Positions 30,760 to 38,725 of a DNA stretch of 64,000 nucleotides are shown here, one piece after another. Each line of letters begins with the position of its first letter. Positions within the stretch are counted from its first letter, which is position 1. The DNA lies in contig JAADDW010000013.1 of the NCBI GenBank assembly GCA_013153715.1, positions 28,765-92,764 on the forward strand, in the 5' to 3' direction. The notes under the pieces were generated by a model. It saw only the letters and a program-made list of their open reading frames with translations. It was not told where the DNA came from and searched no databases. Source of the DNA: Campylobacterota bacterium. GTDB lineage: Bacteria; Campylobacterota; Campylobacteria; Campylobacterales; Nitratiruptoraceae. A program made the position numbers and the translations under genes.

Positions 30760-32643
30760 TTATAGTTCCTGGAGAATCTCGCTGAATACCTGGTAGCGCC
30801 CCTTTGGTGCCACCATTTTATAGACAACATCGGCGATCTGCTCTGGGAGGGCGGGGTTGAGTTTTCTGGGATTTTCGGGTCTGGAGGAGCCTACAGGCTG
30901 GAAGTTGTGGACCTCCAAGTAGGCCTTGTTGGCGGTGAGGTTTTTGTAGATCTCCAGACCGAAATCGAAGATCTCCAGGGGCTCGAAACGGCCGATGGGT
31001 CTCTGTCTGAGGAGGCTGAAGCGGTACTCCAGGCCGGCCCGCTCCAAGAGATAGTTGAACTTCATGAAGAAGGCGACGGCTCCACTGGAGAAAGGGGCCA
31101 GCACCCGATGGTAGAAGGCTTCAAAGCTTCCGTGGCCGCTCCTGGCAAACTCGTTGACGATCTGCTCCACGAGATACTTGACATCGGAGAGCGGTACAGC
31201 TCTGAGAATGGTACGCCCTCCCCGGATAGCGTGAAAACTTCCGCCCATGAGGATCTCCACCGCCTCCACCGTCTCTCCGTCGGCCCTGGCCTTGGCTCCG
31301 ATGAAGCCAATATCCCCCCACTCATGGATCCCACACCCCTTGACACAGGCGCTCCAGTGCATCCGTATCCTCCCCACATCGGGTACCTTCTGGCTCAAAT
31401 AGTGGGCGAGCTCAATGGCGTCGGGCTTGTTGGTGATGACCCCGAAGCTACACTCATTCTTCCCGGCACAGGCAACTAGGTTGTTGAAGTAGGGAGAGTG
31501 GACATTTTTGTAGCGGGTAAAGAAGGGGTGGCGGAGGACCCGGTCGATTTTGGCCTGGGGAATAGATGTGATATAGAGGTTCTGCTCGACACTCAAGCGG
31601 ATCTCCCCCCCGTGCTCTCCGGCTATTTGGGCCGCTTCGACCATGTCGCTCCCACGGAAGATTCCCCCTGGAACGACGGCGTGGAGGGCGAAATTCCCAT
31701 CCCGGAGCTGGACCCTCCCCATGGCGGGCTCGAAGTGCTCCATCCGGGCCAGGGTCTGGCCGGCCGGGGCGAAGGTGGTCCCTGCATACTCTTCCAAGGC
31801 CCTCCTGAAGTTCTCCATCCCCACCGCTTCGATGAGGAAGTAGAGGCGGTTCCTGTTGCGGTTGTCTCGGAAGCCGTATTCCCGAAAGAGCTCGATGAGT
31901 TTCTGGTAGAAGGGGACCACCTCATCAGGGGTGAGAAAGAGATCGGCATCCCTGGCGATCTTGCCCACCTTCCCTCCCAAATAGACATTGTAGCCATAGA
32001 GGCCGTCCCGCACGGCCAGGGCGAAACAGGCATCGTGGCCGTAGAGGTTGCACCGGTTGGCAAAGGAGCCAGAGATGGAGGTGTTGAACTTGCGGGGCAG
32101 GGTCCCAATCCACTGGGGCCGCTTCAAGAAGAGCTCCTGCATCGCCAGGAGGATAGGGTAGCTGGGGAGGACATTATCGAAGGCCAGGCCGTCCAAGGGA
32201 TCGGTGACAATGTTGCGCAGATTATCGATACCGGTCTGATAGGTGGTGATCCCCACCCTCTCGAAGCGCTGGAATATCTCGGGGAGATCTTCAATTCTGA
32301 TATGGCGGAGTTCCACCTGCATCCGGGTCGTCAAATCGACGGTGTCCTGGCCAAACTCCCGGGCCACCTCCCCCAGGCATACCGCCTGTTCCGGAGTGAG
32401 TCGTCCCCCCGGAATACGGACCCGCAACATGAAGCGCTCCGGAGTGAACTCATGCTTATCGAAGAGGCCAAAGTATTTGAGCAAGACCGCCTTGTCCCCT
32501 TCGCCGAGGGCTCTGTACCCCTTCTGGGCCGCCTCCAGGAGGCGTTCGTAGGCCTGCTGGGGGGTATATTGCTCCTTAATCCTCTCGACTCTGTTGATCT
32601 TTCTGCTCCGCTTCTCTCTGGCTCTGGCTAAGAGGTCGATCAT
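30760..32643 (-). CDS. nirA: Ferredoxin-type nitrite/sulfite reductase (siroheme-[4Fe-4S]), NirA-like, with a C-terminal extension
   Basis: Two nitrite/sulfite reductase repeats. Cluster/siroheme cysteines are ACAGKNEC (Cx5C) and SACVKGCG (Cx3C). 627 aa. Sits next to nasA, narK, glnB and amtB. Confidence 0.85.
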   Translation of the reverse strand: MIDLLARAREKRSRKINRVERIKEQYTPQQAYERLLEAAQKGYRALGEGDKAVLLKYFGLFDKHEFTPERFMLRVRIPGGRLTPEQAVCLGEVAREFGQDTVDLTTRMQVELRHIRIEDLPEIFQRFERVGITTYQTGIDNLRNIVTDPLDGLAFDNVLPSYPILLAMQELFLKRPQWIGTLPRKFNTSISGSFANRCNLYGHDACFALAVRDGLYGYNVYLGGKVGKIARDADLFLTPDEVVPFYQKLIELFREYGFRDNRNRNRLYFLIEAVGMENFRRALEEYAGTTFAPAGQTLARMEHFEPAMGRVQLRDGNFALHAVVPGGIFRGSDMVEAAQIAGEHGGEIRLSVEQNLYITSIPQAKIDRVLRHPFFTRYKNVHSPYFNNLVACAGKNECSFGVITNKPDAIELAHYLSQKVPDVGRIRMHWSACVKGCGIHEWGDIGFIGAKARADGETVEAVEILMGGSFHAIRGGRTILRAVPLSDVKYLVEQIVNEFARSGHGSFEAFYHRVLAPFSSGAVAFFMKFNYLLERAGLEYRFSLLRQRPIGRFEPLEIFDFGLEIYKNLTANKAYLEVHNFQPVGSSRPENPRKLNPALPEQIADVVYKMVAPKGRYQVFSEILQEL

Positions 32644-32843
32644 GTTCTCTCCAAAATGGGTATATTTATGGAACAGCTCTCCTCTGGGTCGATTAAAGGA
32701 GCGGGGAGGTCAGCTCTGGCCGGCCTTTTTTCTACCCGCTTCCAAACCGCCCCGAAGGAGGGGCTTATAGATAGACTTCGTGCCGATACTCCTCCTTGCC
32801 TCCATCTGTATGGTGAAGGCGGGGGAGTCTCTCCGGGAGGTCT

Positions 32844-35129
32844 TCAGGCTTTTTGCCCCTCCTTGGCCATACTCTTCTCCCGTGATCTGCTCCCTTCCTC
32901 CATCGTCAGCTCCCCTGCGATCTCATCTTCTAAAGTGAGGCCCTGGGGAGACTTTTCGCTTATGATCTGGACCGCCGTCTGCTTGTAGTTGGGCTCGCCG
33001 CTGATGGGGTCGAAGAGGCTCTGGGTTAGGGTATTGACCAGCTGGGTACCATAGTGGAAGGGGACGAAGAGCTGGCCAGGGGCGACCAGATTGGTTACCC
33101 GCACCACCAGGTTTTCCACCCTGCCCCGGGGGCTCTTAAGGGTGATGCGGTCATAGTTTTTGACTCCGAGCCTGGCCGCATCTCTGGGATTGATGTCGAT
33201 CCAGGCCTCAGGGGCCAGACTGTCCAGGATGGCAATTTGGCCTGTCTTGGTTCGGGTGTGGAAGTGCTCCACGGTGCGGCCTGTGTTGAGTAGCAGAGGG
33301 AAGGCTCTACTCGGTGGCTCTTCCAGGGGTCTCCAATCGGCCGCTATGAAGCGGGCCCTCCCATCTCCATGGGCAAAGGGCATATCTTCGCCGTAAAGTC
33401 TGGCGCACCCTTGGGGATAGCTCTCGTTACAGGGCCACTGGATCCCGCCAAGGGCTTCGATCTTCTCATAGCTCATACCGCTATAGTCGCAGAGCCGTCC
33501 CTTGGAGATCCGCCGAATCTCTTCAAAGGCATCTCGGGGCTCCCTCCACCCTGGAAAGAGGAGATCCCGTACTCCAAAGGAGCCACTAAACTCCAGTACA
33601 ATCTCAAAGTCACTCTTGCTCTGGGCTGGAGGCTCCACCGCCTTATTGGCCTTGTTACAACGGCGCTCGCTGTTGGTATAGGTCCCCTCCTTCTCCCCCC
33701 AGGTGGCGGCGGCAAAGATCACATCGGCAATGTGGGCCGTATCGCTCATGAAGGCATCCTGTACTACCAGGAGCTCCAACTTTTTGAGGGCTCGGCGCAC
33801 TCTATTCTGATCGGGGAAGCTCACCAACGGATTGGTGCAGATGACCCAGAGGGCCTTGATCTCGCCCCGATCGATGGCGTCGATGATCTCGCCATATCTG
33901 TAGCCCCGCTTGGTTGGAACGAGATCGACTGGCACGCCCACCAAATCGGCATACTCTTGGCGATCCCTTTCACTCTCAAACTTTCGATAGCCCGGAATGG
34001 CTGAGGTGAAGCCAAACTCCCGGGTCCCCATGGCGTTGCACTGGCCCGTAATGCTGAAAGGGGCAGACCCCTCCTTACCGATTTTACCTGTCATGAGGGC
34101 TAGGTTGTTGATGGCACTCACCGTATCGGTCCCCTGGGCCGACTGGTTGATCCCCATGGTCCAGCAGATGAGGCTCTTCTCATTGGTGGCGTAGAGCTTG
34201 GCCAACTGGTAGAGGAGTTTGGTATCGAGCCCTGTGATGTAGGCCACCTCGCCGGGCTTGTAGTTCTGGATGTGGCCCACAAACTCCCTCCAGCCGTTGG
34301 TATAACCCTTGATGAAGGTCTCGTTATACCACCCCTGCTCCCAGATAATGTAGGCCAACCCATTGAGGAGAGCCAGATCGGTCCTGGGTTTTATGGGGAC
34401 ATAGATGTCGGCTAGTTGACTGGTTTTGGAGCGCCGCGGGTCGATGACGACGATCTTCTTGTTCCTCCGATTTTTCATGAGGTGGTGGACGATGATGGGG
34501 TGGTTGTCGGCCAGGTTGGCTCCGATGACCAGGACCACATCGGCTCTGGCAATATCCCCATAGCTCCCTGGGGGACCATCGGAGCCGAAGCTCTGCTTGT
34601 AACCCATGACCGCACTGGCCATACAGAGGGTCGTATTGCCATCATAATTGGTGGTCTGGAGTCCCAGCTGGACCAACTTGCCCAGGGCGTAGAACTCCTC
34701 GGTCAGGAGCTGTCCTGTGGAGATGACCGCCAGGGCCCCTTTGCCGTATCTCTCTTGGATCTGCCTGAACTTCTGGGCTGTGTAGTCAAAGGCCTCCTCC
34801 CAGCCCACATCTACCAATCTCCCCCCTTTGCGTATCTTGGGGGTGAGTGTGCGGTTGGGGGCGTAGAGCATCTGGTGTTCACTGAGCCCCTTGGGGCAGA
34901 GGGTGCCGATATTGACCGGATGTTTGGGATCCCCCTTGGTGTAGGTGGCTCTGCCCTCCTTGACACCGATATAAAGGCCGCACCCCACACCGCAATAGCC
35001 GCAGGTCGATCTGACCCAGCGATCGGGCTTTTTGGCCTTGGCGATCTTACCAAAGATGGGATCGTCTGCAAGAGCGTATCTCTCCTCCTTGATCTCCACT
35101 CCAAGGAGCTCTTTTATTCTCCGAACCAT
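32844..35129 (-). CDS. nasA: Assimilatory nitrate reductase-type molybdopterin oxidoreductase catalytic subunit (NasA/NarB-like)
   Basis: N-terminal FeS motif CGYCGVGCG...TLCPKG, and Mo-ligand Cys region NTTLCMASAVMGYKQSFG typical of the Nas/NarB/Nap clade. No signal or Tat peptide. RBS AGGGGGA, 9 nt after the upstream stop. Confidence 0.85.
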   Translation of the reverse strand: MVRRIKELLGVEIKEERYALADDPIFGKIAKAKKPDRWVRSTCGYCGVGCGLYIGVKEGRATYTKGDPKHPVNIGTLCPKGLSEHQMLYAPNRTLTPKIRKGGRLVDVGWEEAFDYTAQKFRQIQERYGKGALAVISTGQLLTEEFYALGKLVQLGLQTTNYDGNTTLCMASAVMGYKQSFGSDGPPGSYGDIARADVVLVIGANLADNHPIIVHHLMKNRRNKKIVVIDPRRSKTSQLADIYVPIKPRTDLALLNGLAYIIWEQGWYNETFIKGYTNGWREFVGHIQNYKPGEVAYITGLDTKLLYQLAKLYATNEKSLICWTMGINQSAQGTDTVSAINNLALMTGKIGKEGSAPFSITGQCNAMGTREFGFTSAIPGYRKFESERDRQEYADLVGVPVDLVPTKRGYRYGEIIDAIDRGEIKALWVICTNPLVSFPDQNRVRRALKKLELLVVQDAFMSDTAHIADVIFAAATWGEKEGTYTNSERRCNKANKAVEPPAQSKSDFEIVLEFSGSFGVRDLLFPGWREPRDAFEEIRRISKGRLCDYSGMSYEKIEALGGIQWPCNESYPQGCARLYGEDMPFAHGDGRARFIAADWRPLEEPPSRAFPLLLNTGRTVEHFHTRTKTGQIAILDSLAPEAWIDINPRDAARLGVKNYDRITLKSPRGRVENLVVRVTNLVAPGQLFVPFHYGTQLVNTLTQSLFDPISGEPNYKQTAVQIISEKSPQGLTLEDEIAGELTMEEGSRSREKSMAKEGQKA

Positions 35130-35138
35130 CTCATCCCC

Positions 35139-36716
35139 CTATGGTCGTTGTGCCCCGGCGAAGAAGTTGCCGGGCATCCCTGTCTTGACGGCAGTGGCGT
35201 AAAAGAGGAGCCGCCCGACAAACTCGGTGGCAGAGGCCAGGACCACTCCGAAGAGCTGGAAGGCGAAGGCAAATCCAAAACTCCCAGCGTTGAGGGCGAT
35301 GGTGGCGAATAGTGGTAAGACCACCGCCCCCAGGGGCAGGGAGATCTTACGAAAGTGGAAGAGTTTGCGGAAGGTGTGTTCCAGCAGATATTGAGCCCGA
35401 CCGATCTGGTAGGAGAACTCATGGTCTTCCCCTACCATCTCATAGAAGCGCTGGCTCTCAAAAAAGAGGTAAATGTGCACGCTTCCAAGCAAGATGGAGA
35501 TGGCCAGCAAAATGTTGGCCACCTGGGGGTTGCCCTCAAGGGTGGCGATGAGGGCGAGGATCTGGGTACCGATGTAGCCGGTCGAAAAGAAACGGTAGGT
35601 TGTGACAGCCCTGTTCCAGGTGGGTTTGGCTGGAATGCGGTAGATCATGGATTGGGCGTAGATGCCGTAGATCCCCACTACCGCCGTGACAGCTTCCAGG
35701 AGTAATCGCAAGGGGCCATCGATATTGAGGTAGTAGAGGAGAGTGACAACTCCCATGAGGGCGGTAAAAGCTCCAAGGGCTACAGCTTCTCGACTGAGCC
35801 AGGAAGTTTTGAGGTTCTTCATGGCGTTTACCGCCTTGATGGGGCGCCCCAGATGGAGGGCCGAAAAGGGCAAACCGATGGCGCTCAGGGCAAAAACCAG
35901 AGAGACCATGGCAAAACTCGGCTCTGGGAGCTGGGTGAATTCTGCCGCCAGATCCCCAAGAAAGAGGGCGATGAAGCCAACGAGGCTTACCTGGGTGAGG
36001 AGAGTCATGACCACTAGGGGGAGCTCTCTGTGGGCTGGGCGGATGAGGTCCCTGTCCATTGGCTCCAGATGCTCTGGCATCTCCTCGGGCAGGGTGTAGC
36101 GGGTGGTGGCCTTGGTGTACCTGGCATCGATCAAATAGGGGGCGTTGCCCTCCTTTTCCATATCCTCGGCCAGCCACCGCTCCACATCGACCACCTCAAT
36201 TTCGATGGCCCCCTCGGGGCAGGCCTGGACACAGGCTGGGGTCTGACCCGCCTCAATACGGTCATAGCACATGTGGCACTTGGTGACAATGTGGCGCTCT
36301 TCGTGGAAGATAGGGGCGTCGTAGGGGCAGTTCCAGGTACAGTACTGACACCCAATACAGGCCGGATCGTCATGGATGACGATACCATTTTCCAGCTTGA
36401 TATAGGCGTTGGTGGGACAACCTTTGAGACAGGCTGGATCGATACAGTGGTTGCAACTTATGGAGAGGAACATCTGCAATACATGGGGGAATTCTCCCCC
36501 CTCCACCTCGCCGACCCGCCGCCACTTGATCTGGGGCGGATTGTTGTTCTGCTCATTGCAGGCAACCTCACAGCAGTGACAGCCGATGCATTTGGTGGCG
36601 TCGAAATGGAAGCGGTACTGCTGACCCTCTTTGAGTGGTGGCAGTTGGAGAGAGTAACTGCCACACTGCAGGCCGGTTTGGGCTTTGTAGTCGATGAAGC
36701 TCTCGACTGCTGTCAT
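35139..36716 (-). CDS. Fusion protein: DmsB/NrfC-like four-cluster ferredoxin domain plus DmsC-like 8-TM membrane anchor
   Basis: The N-terminal ~190 aa carry four Cys groups (CIGCHCCEVAC, CNHCIDPACLKGC, CIGCQYCTWNCP, CHMCYDRIEAGQTPACVQACP). The C-terminal ~300 aa have 8 hydrophobic helices and the DmsC-type loop HLGRPIKAVNAMKNLKTSWLSRE. Confidence 0.85.
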   Translation of the reverse strand: MTAVESFIDYKAQTGLQCGSYSLQLPPLKEGQQYRFHFDATKCIGCHCCEVACNEQNNNPPQIKWRRVGEVEGGEFPHVLQMFLSISCNHCIDPACLKGCPTNAYIKLENGIVIHDDPACIGCQYCTWNCPYDAPIFHEERHIVTKCHMCYDRIEAGQTPACVQACPEGAIEIEVVDVERWLAEDMEKEGNAPYLIDARYTKATTRYTLPEEMPEHLEPMDRDLIRPAHRELPLVVMTLLTQVSLVGFIALFLGDLAAEFTQLPEPSFAMVSLVFALSAIGLPFSALHLGRPIKAVNAMKNLKTSWLSREAVALGAFTALMGVVTLLYYLNIDGPLRLLLEAVTAVVGIYGIYAQSMIYRIPAKPTWNRAVTTYRFFSTGYIGTQILALIATLEGNPQVANILLAISILLGSVHIYLFFESQRFYEMVGEDHEFSYQIGRAQYLLEHTFRKLFHFRKISLPLGAVVLPLFATIALNAGSFGFAFAFQLFGVVLASATEFVGRLLFYATAVKTGMPGNFFAGAQRP

Positions 36717-36737
36717 GCTCGCTCCAATTTTTTGGGG

Positions 36738-36776
36738 TATTGTACTAGTTTTTAGATAGTTCTACTGGCTAGTTTT
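36738..36776 (-). promoter_or_regulatory. Putative promoter (TACAAT) with two AAAAACTAG direct repeats upstream of the FeS/DmsC-nasA-nirA genes
   Basis: On the minus strand, TACAAT ends 22 nt before ATG 36716, with GGAG between. AAAAACTAG abuts the -10 box and recurs 24 nt further upstream (plus-strand CTAGTTTTT at 36744..36752 and 36768..36776). Confidence 0.45.
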
Positions 36777-37102
36777 TGTGCAACATCATTATCAATGAAT
36801 AAACAGGAGCGGGGAGTTCCAAAATTGGTTCTGGAGAGAGATCGGACTCAATCGAAAAAAGCCCCTTATCGGATCGGAGTGGTCCCAGGTAAAGGAGAAG
36901 TGGAGCTCTGGATGAGTATCCGTCGATTTTTGAAGGGATGAGAGAACTGCGGCGTAAGTGGTGGGAGTAAATTCAGGAAAACTCCCCCTTGGCTAGATTG
37001 TCCAGCAAAACCAGAATTCCCGCCTCTAGACATGGGAAGTATATCACCTCTCCTCCAGCCTAGGAGCCGAAGAGGGCGCCTCCCCGGGACTCTGAGAAGC
37101 TG

Positions 37103-38725
37103 TCATCTGAGGAGCAGAAAGAGCAGGAGCACATTCAGGAGGAAGGAGAGGATGAAGGCCATTTTATAGACCCTGACCGGCTCACGCTCAATCAGAGAGG
37201 CGTCGGGATCAAAGTAGGGTTTGACCTTGGTAGGGTGGGTGAGCTCATAGTCCATCTCGCTGTAGTGGGTGTAGCGGCGCTCCGGTTCCGGTTCAATGGC
37301 CCGCATGATGATGCTCTCCAGCCACTGAGGGACCGCTCCGTTGAACTCCTGTACCCTCTTTGCCGGCCTGAAAATCGGATTTTGGAAGGGTTCAATCTCG
37401 CCATAGGGGTAGCGGCGGGTGAGGGCTTCGTAGAGGGTGACACCAATGGCGAAGATCTCGCTGGCCTCGCTGATGGGTTCCCCCTTGAAGCGTTCGGGGG
37501 CTAGGTAGCTGGGAGTCCCTGCCCGACTTGTGATGGAGAAGATCTCGACGACAGAGCCAAAGTCTACCAGTTTGAAGACCTCCTTACCGTGGCGGCGGGT
37601 GATGAGGATATTCTCCGGTTTGATGTCGCCATGGACCAGGTTGTGTTTGAGGAGGAAGCTGGAAGAGCGTACCAGGAATTTAGCTAGTTCAATGGCCCCA
37701 TCCACATGGATAGGCCGCCTCTTGATCCGCTCCTTGAGGCTCTCGCCTTCGATGTACTCCATGATGTAGTAGCGCATGGAGCGGTTTTTGGGGATGACCG
37801 CCTTGGGGAAGAAGCCGGCCTTGAGCCGCTTGGCGTTCCAAGCCTCCTTGACGAAGAGATCCAGGAGCCCTCCATCCTCTATCGCCTCTATGGGAGGGAA
37901 TTTCATCACATACCTCTTCCCTTTCTGCTCCACCAGCCAGGTCCGCTCGTTCTGGATCAACGGTTCAATGAGGCGGTATCCATCGATGAGTTGGCCCTTT
38001 TTGAGGGTGGTGGGGATCGGGAGCTTCTGGCGCCTGAGTTCGATTTGCTTGTCGATCCCCTTGATCTCGATGACGACGGCACTGGTATCGTCTGGCAGAT
38101 TATCTCTCCACTTCCTACTGGCATATTTGACGAGGGAGGAGGCATCGATGAGGTGCTCCTGAACTTCACCCCTGTCCAGAACCGCCGTAAGGCCATCGCT
38201 GGCCACTACAATCTTATCCCCTGGACGGATAAAGTTCTCAAAGAGGTAGGGCTCCACATCTGCCTCTAGACCGATGGCCTGGGTGAGGATGTGGCTCCCC
38301 GGTTCGAGGGTATGGTCGAAGGAGAGCTTCTGGAGCACCCCATCACGGAGGAGAAAGATGGGGCTATCCCCCACATTGGCCCCATAGAGTCTGTTCCCCT
38401 GGATCACCACCATAGCCAAGGTAGTGAGCATCTCGGGCCTCCCATACTCTGCAAGTGACTCCTTATAGAGGATCTGGTTGATGTTCCTGATGAAGGTGAG
38501 GATCGACTTTTCGATCTCCCACGACCTTGGAGGGTTCTTGAAGGTGGAGAGCATGTAGCCCACCACCCGTTGGGCCCCCTGGCGTCCCGCCAGGGCGCTC
38601 CCCACTCCGTCGCAGACGATGCCGATGACCAGATCGTCGTAGGCTCTGACCCCAAAGGCGTCGCCACTGACAAGCTCTTTTCCTCTGGCCAGACCAAAGC
38701 CGGAGAGTCGTACCAGCTCCCTCAT
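37103..38725 (-). CDS. Bifunctional PP2C-type phosphatase / Hanks-type Ser/Thr protein kinase with C-terminal TM anchor
   Basis: N-terminal PP2C motifs: VCDGVGS, VASDGL, DDTSAVV. Kinase motifs: VMKF lysine, HGDIKPENILI, VDFGS, GTPSYLAPE. Terminal hydrophobic helix AFILSFLLNVLLLFLLL. The start overlaps the narK stop by 1 nt (TGATG). Confidence 0.88.
   Translation of the reverse strand: MRELVRLSGFGLARGKELVSGDAFGVRAYDDLVIGIVCDGVGSALAGRQGAQRVVGYMLSTFKNPPRSWEIEKSILTFIRNINQILYKESLAEYGRPEMLTTLAMVVIQGNRLYGANVGDSPIFLLRDGVLQKLSFDHTLEPGSHILTQAIGLEADVEPYLFENFIRPGDKIVVASDGLTAVLDRGEVQEHLIDASSLVKYASRKWRDNLPDDTSAVVIEIKGIDKQIELRRQKLPIPTTLKKGQLIDGYRLIEPLIQNERTWLVEQKGKRYVMKFPPIEAIEDGGLLDLFVKEAWNAKRLKAGFFPKAVIPKNRSMRYYIMEYIEGESLKERIKRRPIHVDGAIELAKFLVRSSSFLLKHNLVHGDIKPENILITRRHGKEVFKLVDFGSVVEIFSITSRAGTPSYLAPERFKGEPISEASEIFAIGVTLYEALTRRYPYGEIEPFQNPIFRPAKRVQEFNGAVPQWLESIIMRAIEPEPERRYTHYSEMDYELTHPTKVKPYFDPDASLIEREPVRVYKMAFILSFLLNVLLLFLLLR

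Noticed and set aside
32656-32988. 110-aa plus-strand ORF in the nirA/nasA spacer
   Set aside because: Two-thirds of it is antisense to the nasA 3' end. It has no RBS and no motifs. A 31-aa minus-strand ORF in the same spacer also lacks an RBS.
35100-35129. Twin-arginine (Tat) signal on the NasA-type protein (MVRRIKELL)
   Set aside because: The RR pair is not followed by a hydrophobic h-region or an AxA site. Residues 5-40 are highly charged, so the protein is treated as cytoplasmic.
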